From positions 2,575,978 through 2,615,977 of the forward strand of contig OZ245996.1 in assembly GCA_965230205.1 (NCBI GenBank): a DNA stretch of 40,000 nt. Direction: 5' to 3'. The notes under the pieces were generated by a model, which saw only the letters and a program-made list of their open reading frames with translations, searched no databases and was not told the origin of the DNA. Origin of the DNA: Cellvibrionaceae bacterium (GTDB taxonomy: Bacteria; Pseudomonadota; Gammaproteobacteria; Pseudomonadales; Cellvibrionaceae). Positions 1-9,459 of the stretch are shown in pieces; within the stretch, counting starts at the first letter, position 1; each line of letters opens with the position of its first letter. The position numbers were made by a program, and so were the translations under genes.

Positions 1-101
1 GTACGGCCTAAAGCATCTTCGATAGAGATCGATTCGTATTGTTCAATGGGGTTAGCATGAGCCAGAATTTGAGCTAAGGCATCGCTTATAGGTAGTAACA
101 T
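1..101 (-). CDS. moeA: Molybdopterin molybdenumtransferase MoeA, N-terminal fragment (gene runs off the left edge)
   Basis: Reverse-strand reading from CAT at 99-101 gives MLLPISDALAQILAHANPIEQYESISIEDALGR..., a typical MoeA N-terminus. It lies 52 nt downstream of moaB on the same strand. It is absent from the ORF track because there is no stop in the window. Confidence 0.55.
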   Translation of the reverse strand, partial: MLLPISDALAQILAHANPIEQYESISIEDALGR

Positions 102-153
102 GTCTGGTATTTCTTAATCGTTAATTAAATTAGTGCATTAGTATCAACAGGCC

Positions 154-660
154 TTAACCAAAGGCTTTAGTTAATAAGCCAACATAGTTACATGGCTTAT
201 GGTTATTATCGAGTTGCTCTTTTAAGATTTTATCCCATCCCGTTTTGCAGGCATTGTTGGAGCCGGGTAGGCAAAAGATCAACGTATTATTCGCTAATCC
301 CCCGATGCAACGGGACTGTATAGTTGAGCTGCCAATCTCATCATAGGAAATCTGGCGAAATAGTTCACCAAAACCATCGATGGTTTTATCGAATAAAGGT
401 GTCACTGCTTCTGGCGTGCTATCGCGTCCAGAAAAACCGGTCCCGCCAGTGCTGATAATGACTTGAATATCAGGGTTCGCTATCCATTGTGAAACCTGTG
501 CGCGAATGTGATAAACATCATCTTTTATTAGAGAGCGATCTACCACCTTATGATTGGCACTGACTGCACTGTCTGCCAATAGGTTTCCCGAGGTGTCATT
601 TTCCGGAGTGCGAGTATCTGAGATGGTTAAGACGGCAATATTGAGAGGTGTATTAGTCAT
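154..660 (-). CDS. moaB: Molybdenum cofactor biosynthesis protein B (MoaB/MogA fold)
   Basis: 168-aa ORF with motifs [17 protein letters not shown] and CLPGS. Its size matches MoaB, and it is adjacent to moeA. Confidence 0.8.
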   Translation of the reverse strand: MTNTPLNIAVLTISDTRTPENDTSGNLLADSAVSANHKVVDRSLIKDDVYHIRAQVSQWIANPDIQVIISTGGTGFSGRDSTPEAVTPLFDKTIDGFGELFRQISYDEIGSSTIQSRCIGGLANNTLIFCLPGSNNACKTGWDKILKEQLDNNHKPCNYVGLLTKAFG

Positions 661-666
661 AATATT

Positions 667-1467
667 TTACTGAATGTCAAAAAAGATAGGTTGATTGTTG
701 ATTCGATAATTGTTGATAATTGTACGTCCTGCACCTTCTGTGATCCAGCTTTCCCACAGTGCAATGTAGTCACTATTTAACACATTTTTGAGTGATAACA
801 GGCTATATCGATTAGGTAGATGCTCTGGGTCTTCAAACAGTGAAATTAGCCCTTGCTTGTTGGCAAAGTTCATCCAGGTACCTCTATCGACAAGGGTATA
901 AGCCTTATGTTCAGCGGCAATGGCTAAAGTAGCCCCCATGCCTGTCCCAGTCTTCATATAATTGTTTTCGGCAGGTTGGGTGCTGGCTTTTTGCCACCAG
1001 GATTGTTCCATCTGGTGGGTGCCACTTTGATCTGCTCGGGAGACAAAGAGAGCGTTTACATAAGCAATTTTTTCAAGGGCTTCGTCAGGTGTGAGTGACA
1101 ATTTAATATGTGCCGGGTCGGAGCTTGGACCAATAATCAAGAAGTCATTCTGCATTAAAGGAGTGCGTTTGATGATAATGCCCTCGGCGAGTAGTTTTTT
1201 TTCGCCTGAAGGGTCATGGGTGATCGCGGTATCAATATCGCCTCGTTTGATGAGTTCATGTATTTGCCCACTACCGGCGATGATGGGTTTAATGGAAATA
1301 TCATGTTCTTTTTTAAAGGCATCAACTAAGGCACTAAGTAGGCCTGAGTCTTCGAGTGTGGTGGTTACTCCTAGTTTTAGCGATGCTTCATTCGTGCAGG
1401 CGGTCACTAATAAGCAGAGTGATAGAGTAAAGCGATACAGGAGTCGCGTGGAAATCATATTATTCAT
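667..1467 (-). CDS. tupA: Tungstate ABC transporter substrate-binding lipoprotein (TupA-like)
   Basis: 266 aa with a lipobox (LLVTAC). GVTTTLEDSGLL matches the TupA TTT(S)xxDSGLL oxyanion signature. It neighbours an ABC permease and ATPase. Confidence 0.75.
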   Translation of the reverse strand: MNNMISTRLLYRFTLSLCLLVTACTNEASLKLGVTTTLEDSGLLSALVDAFKKEHDISIKPIIAGSGQIHELIKRGDIDTAITHDPSGEKKLLAEGIIIKRTPLMQNDFLIIGPSSDPAHIKLSLTPDEALEKIAYVNALFVSRADQSGTHQMEQSWWQKASTQPAENNYMKTGTGMGATLAIAAEHKAYTLVDRGTWMNFANKQGLISLFEDPEHLPNRYSLLSLKNVLNSDYIALWESWITEGAGRTIINNYRINNQPIFFDIQ

Positions 1468-1528
1468 GTCTGGTTATATGGGTTTTATTGCCTTGTCCTT
1501 ATATTTCAGGTCCTTATATCTCTGGCTC

Positions 1529-2218
1529 TTATATCTCCGAGAACCGTTTGAAATCTGTCGAGTTGAAAAAGGATTCAGCAGTTAAATGGGTGAGCAGTTT
1601 ACCATCTTCCAATAGTAGGATGTCAGAGGCCAGTTTTTTGGCCTGTTGAATACTGTGGGTAGACATAAATATTTTACAAGATTTGCTGAGCTGCTGTATT
1701 AAAGTATCAATTTCCTGGCGTCGCGTTGGGTCAAGGTTAGCTGTCAATTCGTCCAATAATAATATAGTTGGCTCCAAAGCCCATGCTCTTGCGAGAGCCA
1801 CAAGCTGCTGTTGGCCTGTCGACAGTGTGGTGGCGACTTGTTTGCTTATATGGCTGATACCGGCCCAGTCTAATGCCTCTCGACTGCGCTCGAAGGGATT
1901 TTCTCTACGATGATAAGAAAGTGGTATTTGTATATTTTCAACCACCGTTCGATTTAATAGTACGGCATGTGGTGGTACTAAGGTTATGTGTGGCGGTTGA
2001 GGTTGTTGCTGCCAATAAATATTTCCATTAGACGGTGTGAGTAATCCAGCACAAAGTTTAAGCAGTAAGGTTTTGCCGGAACCATTGCTGCCCATGATGA
2101 CGGTAATCTCTGAATTTTCAATTGAGAAGCTGATATCCTTTAAGCATGTTTTTTCCCCAAGGTTCAATCTGACATTATCAAACCGCAATGGTAAAAAAGC
2201 AGAACCACTAATACTCAT
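1529..2218 (-). CDS. tupC: ABC transporter ATP-binding protein (TupC-like)
   Basis: Walker A GSNGSGKT, ABC signature LSTGQQQ and Walker B ILLLDE. It has a 4-nt overlap with the upstream permease gene. Confidence 0.75.
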   Translation of the reverse strand: MSISGSAFLPLRFDNVRLNLGEKTCLKDISFSIENSEITVIMGSNGSGKTLLLKLCAGLLTPSNGNIYWQQQPQPPHITLVPPHAVLLNRTVVENIQIPLSYHRRENPFERSREALDWAGISHISKQVATTLSTGQQQLVALARAWALEPTILLLDELTANLDPTRRQEIDTLIQQLSKSCKIFMSTHSIQQAKKLASDILLLEDGKLLTHLTAESFFNSTDFKRFSEI

Positions 2219-2952
2219 AAGTGACCCTCTTTTTTAAATATATTCTTCTTCAATAAGCGACCATCCATAGTAAATAGATGGGCTGCGATATTAATTAATA
2301 AGGCAAGTAAAATAAGCACTATGCCTAATGCTAAGGCAAGCGCTAGATTGCCTTGTCGAGTTTCCATAGCGATAGCGGTTGTCATTACACGAGTGTGATG
2401 TTCGATGTTGCCTCCGACAATCATGACTGCGCCAATCTCAGCGATGGCTCGGCCGAAAGCAGCTAATATAACCGTGACTAGGCCGATTCGAGATTCAGAG
2501 ATCAAAATATTTAAGCAGTGCTTGGGTTTAAAGCCCAGCATATGTAATTGTTCTTTAAGACGTTGCCAGTTTTGTTCAAATATAGGAAAGGATAAAGCGA
2601 TAACAATTGGGGTTATGAGTGCTGTTTGGGCAATAATCATTGCTGTTGGTGTATACAGTAACCCCATGATGCCCAATGGACCATTGCGTGAGAGTAATAG
2701 GTAAACGAGTAAGCCAACAACGACAGGTGGCAAAGCCATTAAGGTATCGACAATAATATGTAAAAAGCGCCGTCCGGGAAACTGATAGATAACCATCAGT
2801 ATAGCGATAGGGATGCCGATGATACTGGCTAAGAAAAGTGCGGATAAACTCACTTGAAACGATAGCGCAATGATTTCCCAAAGTGCAGAATCACCGTTGA
2901 TAATAATATATACCGCTTGAGAAAGAGCGTCAGTTAGCGTTGAGGTGGACAT
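2215..2952 (-). CDS. tupB: ABC transporter permease (TupB-like)
   Basis: 245-aa polytopic membrane protein with an ABC-permease EAA-type loop (AAFGRAIAEIGAVMIVGGN). It is in an operon with tupC and tupA. Confidence 0.7.
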   Translation of the reverse strand: MSTSTLTDALSQAVYIIINGDSALWEIIALSFQVSLSALFLASIIGIPIAILMVIYQFPGRRFLHIIVDTLMALPPVVVGLLVYLLLSRNGPLGIMGLLYTPTAMIIAQTALITPIVIALSFPIFEQNWQRLKEQLHMLGFKPKHCLNILISESRIGLVTVILAAFGRAIAEIGAVMIVGGNIEHHTRVMTTAIAMETRQGNLALALALGIVLILLALLINIAAHLFTMDGRLLKKNIFKKEGHL

Positions 2953-2966
2953 AGATTGTAGAGTGC

Positions 2967-4058
2967 TTATTCGCCAAAGTATTTTTGTTTAAGTTGGTCA
3001 AAACTGCCATCCTCTTGCATCGTAATTAAGGCGGCATTGATAGGTTCAAAGAAAGGAGAGTCTTCGCTGAACGCAAAGGCAATATTACTTTTAGAAAAAA
3101 CATCTCCGGCAATAGTGACTTTTCCCTGCCCTTGATTTTGTGCGTAATAACGGCTGACAGCAGCATCACCAACAATAGCATCAAGTTTTTTCTGTTCTAA
3201 ATCTGCAAGGCTTTGCGAAAAATCATCATATTCAATATAGCGAATATTTTCTTTGTCGAGAAAATCACTAATCGTTGTTCCTTTGGGAGCGCCTACTTTT
3301 TTCCCGCGTAGGTCATTATAATGATTAATTCCGCCGCTGAGTTCAGCAACCGTTAACGATGAAGCAATTTTTGCAGTTAGTGTAGAGATAAAAAATAAAC
3401 TTGCTAATATCCAAAAGACAGCGATGATTCGGCCAATAACGTGTTCTGGACGTTCTTTTTCAAAACCTCCCATTGTACAAATGACAAAAGCCCACCAAAA
3501 GGCGTCCCAAATACCTCCAAAGTATTCATCTCTAAAATAATCGTGCTTGGCGTCTTCACCTCTTTCGAAAAACCACATGAGGTGAGCCACAATTAATAAG
3601 ACTAGCAGCGCACCACATAAAAAAAGAATAATGCCTGATTCCCAAATAATGTCCCAATAATTAATTTTCTGATAGTCGGCAGATGTCAGTATTTGTAAGC
3701 CTGTAATATATATGGGTTGGGAAAAATCCATCGAGGCTTCGCGAGAAGACGTAACGGAAATATTAGCAACAGCCATTTGAGTTGAGCCCATCTTTACCTT
3801 ATTTAGCATATCGGCAAAGCTGGTTTCTTTTTCTAGCGTGTATGTAATACCTGTGCGTTGACTGATGGTCTTGAGTAACTCAAGAGAGAAGCCGGTCCAT
3901 TCACCATTAGCCTGTTGTGTTGAAAATGGCGGCCGCTCAATGGTACCGACAATAATGGGCGGACTTTTTACTGTGGGTTCATTGGCTAATGAGGGTAGTG
4001 GAGCTAGCCACAACAAAATTAAAGGCAATACCTGAACGAGTATCTTTTTAATATACAT
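2967..4058 (-). CDS. Ligand-gated ion channel homologue: periplasmic amino-acid-binding (SBP type 3) domain split by a 2-TM pore module (prokaryotic iGluR/GluR0-like)
   Basis: I chose the start at the internal Met (MYIKKILVQVLPLILLWLAPLPSLA is a signal peptide). An SBP lobe is followed by TM, WDAFWWAFVICTMGGFEKERP, TM, then a second SBP lobe ending ...FDQLKQKYFGE. Confidence 0.55.
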   Translation of the reverse strand: MYIKKILVQVLPLILLWLAPLPSLANEPTVKSPPIIVGTIERPPFSTQQANGEWTGFSLELLKTISQRTGITYTLEKETSFADMLNKVKMGSTQMAVANISVTSSREASMDFSQPIYITGLQILTSADYQKINYWDIIWESGIILFLCGALLVLLIVAHLMWFFERGEDAKHDYFRDEYFGGIWDAFWWAFVICTMGGFEKERPEHVIGRIIAVFWILASLFFISTLTAKIASSLTVAELSGGINHYNDLRGKKVGAPKGTTISDFLDKENIRYIEYDDFSQSLADLEQKKLDAIVGDAAVSRYYAQNQGQGKVTIAGDVFSKSNIAFAFSEDSPFFEPINAALITMQEDGSFDQLKQKYFGE

Positions 4059-4200
4059 ATTAAGTCGAGTTAATTGGGTATTGAGGCTGCCAGTTAAAGC
4101 ACAACGCAATAAGTTCAAGATATGGCGGTGCCAAGAAGTATTCTTGCCAATAGTACCTTGAAAATAATAGCGGCACCATAGTCCGTGTAGATAATAAACT

Positions 4201-4224
4201 ACTCGAATAGGCTCTGATTCGAGT
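4201..4224 (-). terminator. Hairpin downstream of the REC-GGDEF gene (candidate intrinsic terminator)
   Basis: A perfect 8-bp stem, ACTCGAAT/ATTCGAGT, with an 8-nt loop sits 66 nt after the stop at 4290. The trailing sequence on the minus strand is only moderately T-rich. Confidence 0.35.
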
Positions 4225-4289
4225 CATTTAATTTGGGGTAATCAAAGGAGTTTGCCGTCTATGGAATATAATACTGATATCGTCAAGCG

Positions 4290-5411
4290 CTAACGGTAAT
4301 TCATCACTCGTTGTTTTTGTTCGTTAGACAATAACGCTAGCAGCGGTGCGAGGTGTTCCAAAGCCTCGTCTAGCTGTTCAGCAATAATCAGCTCTTCACC
4401 GCTATTCACATGTTCTAAGAGTGTATCGATGGAAAGAGCATGACCATTTTTATTGTACTGTTTGCGGAATTCATGGGGTGTGATTAAGTAAAGTTGGCTT
4501 GGCCCCAAGGAGCCTGCTTTTTGTAGGGCTACATCTGCCATTTCAAATAAGATGTCAGGTTTAACGTCATCATCAGGAGTTAAGCTGCATATGCCTACAG
4601 ATACGGTTAGTTTTAATCGCTTTCCATTAAGTTTGGCTTTAATGACTTCTATGGTTTCACAGATTTTATTCGCCATTTCTAGAGCGCTTTCTTTATTGAC
4701 TAGCGGCATGGATATACTGAAACGAGCTAGGCCTGTTCGGGCGATAGTATCTTCTTTGCGTAGGCTATTTGTTAAGATCTCCGCAATTCGTTTGATAAGC
4801 TTTTCTGTACTGCCACGTCCCATCGATATAAAGAGGTCTTTATAGCTATCCAATTCAATAGTCATCATGCTCATGTTGTATTGATGTCTTGAGGTAAATG
4901 CTATTTCCTTTTCAAGTTGCTTGTAGAAGCCTCTTTGATTCAGTGTGCCTGTCAGTCCATCAATGGTCGTTTGTGCTCGGAGGGTATTTTTTGCAACATT
5001 GAGCTGAGCATAAGAATGGGCTCTAGCACGAATATCCGTGACATTGTTGAATGGCTTGGTAATAAAGTCAGTGGCGCCTAATGAGAGTGCCTTTTGTTTT
5101 GCAATTTCAGGGTTTTCTGCCCCTGTCATAACAATTACCGGCAAATGGTTGATATGTTCATTGGTATGGCTTCTTAGGGTTTTTAAGAATTCAAAACCAT
5201 CCATTTCAGGCATGACAAGGTCAGTAAAGACAACTTGAATCTTGGTATCATTTTCGATCACATTGAGCCCATCTTCACCATCTACGGCTAAAAGAACATC
5301 GAACTCAGAGCCGAATATACGAGAAGCAGCGATTCTGACAGTACTTGAATCGTCAATCACTAGGACTCTAATTTTGTCGGAATTTCTAACTGACATAAGG
5401 CTTTTATCCAA
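4290..5411 (-). CDS. Response regulator: REC domain plus a GGDEF-family domain with a degenerate active-site motif
   Basis: REC: RVLVIDDS...VFTDLVMPEMDGFEFL. GGDEF fold: DGLTGTLNQRGF...ARTGLARFSISMP, where GLARF replaces GGDEF. Confidence 0.8.
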   Translation of the reverse strand: MDKSLMSVRNSDKIRVLVIDDSSTVRIAASRIFGSEFDVLLAVDGEDGLNVIENDTKIQVVFTDLVMPEMDGFEFLKTLRSHTNEHINHLPVIVMTGAENPEIAKQKALSLGATDFITKPFNNVTDIRARAHSYAQLNVAKNTLRAQTTIDGLTGTLNQRGFYKQLEKEIAFTSRHQYNMSMMTIELDSYKDLFISMGRGSTEKLIKRIAEILTNSLRKEDTIARTGLARFSISMPLVNKESALEMANKICETIEVIKAKLNGKRLKLTVSVGICSLTPDDDVKPDILFEMADVALQKAGSLGPSQLYLITPHEFRKQYNKNGHALSIDTLLEHVNSGEELIIAEQLDEALEHLAPLLALLSNEQKQRVMNYR

Positions 5412-5696
5412 TATTATCCTTTTAGCGAGTGATGCCGTTTTGCCGCATAGCTCGCCTCAACCTATATCATTATAGTCGGTTTAAATAAAATCGAGAATAA
5501 TGATTGAAAAGAGAAAAAGTTACTCATTGGCATTTTAATGTTTAAAAAAAGAAACTAGGCTTATCTGTAAGCCGTAAGATAGCCCATAGGAATCAGGGAT
5601 TACAGAGGATATGTTGATATTTACTACAATCATAGTGGTCCCTTCACTATTAGGCCTTTATACTAAACAAATTATGTCCATTTTTAGGTATTTCAG

Positions 5697-6704
5697 ATGA
5701 ATTCGATTAGTTTTTTAAAACCATTAAAACATCTAGTTATAGTTACCTTTTCCCTAGGGTTGATTGCCTGTGGGTCACAAGCGACAAACGCTAGTGAGAG
5801 TGCCAAGCAAGCTAAAGCATCAGCGGCGGCTACAGGAGCCCCTATTGTGACCAAAATGAAGAATTATATTTTTGGTCATAGCTTAGTCAATCATACTCCC
5901 CCTAAGATCCCAACACCAAGTAATGAAACATCTGTTCCCCATTGGATGAAGGTATTAAGTAAGGCTTCTGGGTTTGGCTATACCGTTGATGGCCAGTATG
6001 GCTTCTTGCAAACTCACACAAATCTCCCTCCGACCCCACAATGGGGCTTTGACCTTCCAAAAAGTGGTTGGAGAGGGTCGTTTGCATCAAGTAATTTCAC
6101 CACTATTTTGTTAACGCCTGCGAATTTCATTCAATATCAGCCCGCTGATGTACCTTATGATGGGGATAATCCGAAGAGAACAACTCCAATAGAAGCAACA
6201 TTGACAGTTGTTGACTGGGTGACTAAGAAAGAACCTAACGCTATTATTTATCTTTATGAAAGTTGGCCCGATATGGCCTCATACATCCCTAACTTCCCGC
6301 CATCTGATCAGGATTTTGCGAAATATAATAACTATACCAATAATGAATTTCATCAATGGTGGATCAATTATCACGACGCAATTTTATCGGCAAGACCAAA
6401 TGCCAAGATTAAAATGCTGCCTATAGGACCTATTATTAGTAAGTTATTATTAGAGACTGATTTAGGTCAAATCCCCGTGACAGAGCTTTATGAAGATGCT
6501 GCTCCTCATGGCAGACCTACAATCTATTTTCTTGCGAGCTTGGTTACTTTTATGGGTACCTATGGCGTTCAGCCTGAATTAGATTTCAAAGTACCAAAGA
6601 TTATTCACCCTCTTGTTAAGAAAAATTATGAGAGCACAGTGAATTTTATTTGGAAAGAGTTGCAAGGTTTTAACGATAGCCAAGGCAATAGTCGGATTTG
6701 GTAG
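5697..6704 (+). CDS. Hypothetical lipoprotein (possible SGNH-like hydrolase fold; weak)
   Basis: 335 aa with a lipobox (LGLIAC). IFGHSL near the N-terminus and DAAPHG near the C-terminus loosely resemble SGNH blocks I and V. I recognise no firm family. Confidence 0.5.
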   Translation: MNSISFLKPLKHLVIVTFSLGLIACGSQATNASESAKQAKASAAATGAPIVTKMKNYIFGHSLVNHTPPKIPTPSNETSVPHWMKVLSKASGFGYTVDGQYGFLQTHTNLPPTPQWGFDLPKSGWRGSFASSNFTTILLTPANFIQYQPADVPYDGDNPKRTTPIEATLTVVDWVTKKEPNAIIYLYESWPDMASYIPNFPPSDQDFAKYNNYTNNEFHQWWINYHDAILSARPNAKIKMLPIGPIISKLLLETDLGQIPVTELYEDAAPHGRPTIYFLASLVTFMGTYGVQPELDFKVPKIIHPLVKKNYESTVNFIWKELQGFNDSQGNSRIW

Positions 6705-6723
6705 GTCAGATACTACTTCTATT

Positions 6724-7500
6724 TTAAGAGGCTGATATAGCTACAATATGGTTATATCGGCCTAATCTTTTATAGGGCTCTTTATTTGAATACTCTATTT
6801 CTTTTAAGAGCACTTCCTCGGTTGATTGGTGGCCCCCTCTTTTATTGAGCACATAATCACTAAAGACACGAATACCTGACATACTTTTTGTCATAAATCC
6901 TGCTGCTTGCAACCAGAGCTCTACTTGTTGTACATCGCGAGCATTCTGAGGCGTTAAGCTGCCGGAATCACTTTGTTTGGATTCTAGTTCATCCAAGTAA
7001 CGAAAGTTGCCGCAAATTAAGTTGCGATAAACTAATCCAGCAGGATTATAAAAACACAGGGATAAATACCCCTCTTTTTTAACTAACTTCTTTATTGCAG
7101 GAATAAGGGCTTCTGGCTTTTCTAGCCATTCCAAGACTGCATGACATAAAACAATATCAAAGGTATCACGGTATTGTTCACTGAGTGTTTGATAGGGTAA
7201 GTTAAGCCATTCGATATGATGTTGATTATTGGTGGCCTTTACTCGAGCTTGAGCTTTTTCCATCATTTTTATTGAAAGGTCATTATACGTCACATGATGG
7301 CCTAGCTCTGCCAGTTTCAGTGAAAAGTGGCCTAGCCCTGCACCAACATCAAGAATGCGTAAAGGGGTATTGTCGTTAATCGCTGGGATTTGTTCTGTTA
7401 AGTCTCTCCAAATAACAGCTTGTCTAATATTGCCTTTAAGGCTACTGTGAATACGACGTTCAAAACGTTCTGCTAATGAGTCAAAATTTTTATCGGGCAT
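6724..7500 (-). CDS. cmoM: SAM-dependent methyltransferase, CmoM (SmtA/YecP)-like tRNA mcmo5U methyltransferase
   Basis: The N-terminus NFDSLAERFERRIHSSLKGNIRQAVIWRDL parallels CmoM. SAM motif I is ILDVGAGLG. Confidence 0.65.
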   Translation of the reverse strand: MPDKNFDSLAERFERRIHSSLKGNIRQAVIWRDLTEQIPAINDNTPLRILDVGAGLGHFSLKLAELGHHVTYNDLSIKMMEKAQARVKATNNQHHIEWLNLPYQTLSEQYRDTFDIVLCHAVLEWLEKPEALIPAIKKLVKKEGYLSLCFYNPAGLVYRNLICGNFRYLDELESKQSDSGSLTPQNARDVQQVELWLQAAGFMTKSMSGIRVFSDYVLNKRGGHQSTEEVLLKEIEYSNKEPYKRLGRYNHIVAISAS

Positions 7501-7503
7501 GTA

Positions 7504-7878
7504 CTACTCTAAATCAATATTACTATTGTTGACATATTCAGTATATTTTCGAGAGCTTCCATAAACCTTATCAACAGGGTATTTCTGCCTGTTTTTTTCC
7601 ATTTTTTGTTCTACGGCTTGTAAAATATCAATATCGAGTTTTTGAGCTAATCGTAATAAATAGACCTGTACATCGGCTATTTCATCGCGGACTTCTTTAA
7701 ATGTTTTGTCATCTAAGTTGTGAGATTCAGTTTCTGTCAGCCACTGGAAGTGCTCCATTAATTCGGCTGCTTCAATACTTAATGCCATAGATAAATTTTT
7801 GGGAGAGTGAAATTTATCCCAGTCACGTTCTGTCGCAAACGTTTTAATTGCTGTTTGAATATCGTTTAAATTTTTCAT
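7504..7878 (-). CDS. MazG-like nucleotide pyrophosphohydrolase
   Basis: 124 aa, all-helical, with FATERDWDKFHSPKNL, EAAELMEHFQW and EIADVQVYLLRLA (MazG-type acidic helix pairs). Confidence 0.75.
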   Translation of the reverse strand: MKNLNDIQTAIKTFATERDWDKFHSPKNLSMALSIEAAELMEHFQWLTETESHNLDDKTFKEVRDEIADVQVYLLRLAQKLDIDILQAVEQKMEKNRQKYPVDKVYGSSRKYTEYVNNSNIDLE

Positions 7879-7911
7879 ATAAAATTATAAGTTTTATCGA
7901 ATTGAATATGG

Positions 7912-8412
7912 CTAAGATTTATCCCACCAGCGATTAGAACACTCGATTAAACCTGCATTGATTAGTGAACGGCGAGTCAATTCTAAGTCCTTTGGGTTAA
8001 GGAATTCTCCAATAGGTAATGATGTCGATTGATTAGTGAGTGTTAAAGCAAGCCTTTCAATAGGATGGTTAGGCTTTGTTGCCAGTAGATAACATTCCGG
8101 TCGCAAGAAAATTTGCTTTTGGTCTGGCTGATGTATGCCTGACTCAATGGTGACGGTGTCCTGATTAATAACAATTTGCTGTTTGCGGTAATTTTGATAG
8201 CATACCTTGTACATGAAATAGCTCAGCAATCCCAGCTCTAGACCAACAAAAGGTAATATAATCCATACGCCAAGAGCAAACCACCCAACGCCAACAATGA
8301 GTGCAGGTATGCTTAAAATCAATAACCAGAGACGTATATCTTGCCAATCCGCTGATCGGTTGGGAGACAGCGTAATTGTTGTATCGCCATTAATGGTTGT
8401 CGTTGTCACCAT
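7912..8412 (-). CDS. DUF2244-like integral membrane protein
   Basis: I chose the start at the internal Met (MVTTTT...). SPNRS followed by two TM helices with GLELGLL resembles DUF2244. The longer track ORF adds an implausible 33-aa extension. Confidence 0.5.
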   Translation of the reverse strand: MVTTTTINGDTTITLSPNRSADWQDIRLWLLILSIPALIVGVGWFALGVWIILPFVGLELGLLSYFMYKVCYQNYRKQQIVINQDTVTIESGIHQPDQKQIFLRPECYLLATKPNHPIERLALTLTNQSTSLPIGEFLNPKDLELTRRSLINAGLIECSNRWWDKS

Positions 8413-8612
8413 ACAATCGTCGTCACCATACAAGAGCCACCATGAAATAGTAAGCATCAGTAAAATTTTACATTCAGCCAATATACTTAATAGGCCAACG
8501 GAAATTAACAATCGTAGTGTTAGTGTAACAATAGGGCAGGGTATTCGGCTATAACATCTTCAAGCCCATTATCATGGTGCTTGAAGCATAATATATTTAC
8601 AGAGAGGTCTTA

Positions 8613-9395
8613 ATGCATAGACTTGCCGCTAATCTATCTATGTTGTTTGGAGAGTATAATTTTCTGGAACGCTTTGAGATTGCCGCAAAAGCTGGCTTTA
8701 AAGCAGTTGAATACCTTTTTCCTTATGACTATGAAGCTAATGAAATTAAGCAGCGTCTAGATCAATTTTCTTTAACGCAAGCTCTATTTAATTCCCCTCC
8801 AGGTGATTGGGACAGTGGTGAAAGAGGCCTGGCTTGTATCCCGGGAAGAGAAGTAGAGTTCGCTGATGGCATTGATAAAGCATTGAGTTATGCGCAGATC
8901 CTTGGTAATCAACGTATTCATGTGATGGCAGGAATAAAACCAGAAAACGTTAGTTATGATGAAGCACGAGCTTGTTATATTAAAAACTTGCGCCACGCTG
9001 CTATTGCGGCCCAAAAAGCGGGTTTAAAAGTGCTTGTTGAACCCATTAACAATGTTGATATGCCTGGTTATTTTGTTAATTTGCAGGACGACGGTGTAAG
9101 CCTAATAGAAGATATTAACGAGCCAAATGTTCGTTTGCAATTTGATTGTTATCATTGCCAAATGATGCAGGGAGATGTTGTTTCAACATTTCGACAATAT
9201 CATCAATATATTGATCATGTTCAAATTGCTGGGGTTCCAGGAAGGCATGAACCTGATGTAGGTGAATTGAACTATCACTATATATTAAAAGAAATTGATC
9301 GCACCGGTTACTCTGGATTTGTTGGTTGTGAATACAAGCCTAAAGCCGTGACCACGGCAGGTTTAGATTGGGCCACTGCCTACTTAACGCCTTAA
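8613..9395 (+). CDS. hyi: Hydroxypyruvate isomerase / 2-oxo-tetronate isomerase family (TIM barrel)
   Basis: 260 aa. LAANLSMLF...FLERF..AAKAGFKAVEYLFPY and the C-terminal GFVGCEYKP are typical of Hyi/OtnI. Confidence 0.8.
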   Translation: MHRLAANLSMLFGEYNFLERFEIAAKAGFKAVEYLFPYDYEANEIKQRLDQFSLTQALFNSPPGDWDSGERGLACIPGREVEFADGIDKALSYAQILGNQRIHVMAGIKPENVSYDEARACYIKNLRHAAIAAQKAGLKVLVEPINNVDMPGYFVNLQDDGVSLIEDINEPNVRLQFDCYHCQMMQGDVVSTFRQYHQYIDHVQIAGVPGRHEPDVGELNYHYILKEIDRTGYSGFVGCEYKPKAVTTAGLDWATAYLTP

Positions 9396-9459
9396 TAGGT
9401 TGAAGCCGTTGATTGAGTATGCAGTGGTTTCCTCTACGTTGCTTTACTGATAAGCTACC

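Noticed and set aside
1091-2704. Plus-strand ORFs 1091-1585, 1683-1913, 2037-2237 and 2405-2704, and the minus-strand alternative frame 2576-2881.
   Set aside because: All lie inside well-supported tupA/tupC/tupB genes, antisense or in an alternative frame. Their compositions are low-complexity and lack motifs. These are shadow ORFs.
4059-4118. N-terminal extensions in the track ORFs at 4059-4118, 8413-8511, 30736-30786 and 33959-34012.
   Set aside because: In each case an internal Met gives a canonical N-terminus (signal peptide, DUF2244 start, LysR HTH, or CobW P-loop with RBS). Two of the extensions start at TTG. I used the shorter models.
5541-5573. Hairpin GGCTTA-TCTG-TAAGCC followed on the minus strand by a T-run; possible orphan terminator or small RNA upstream of the GGDEF gene.
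   Set aside because: The stem is only 6 bp. No upstream minus-strand gene or promoter is apparent. This is indistinguishable from chance in AT-rich intergenic DNA.
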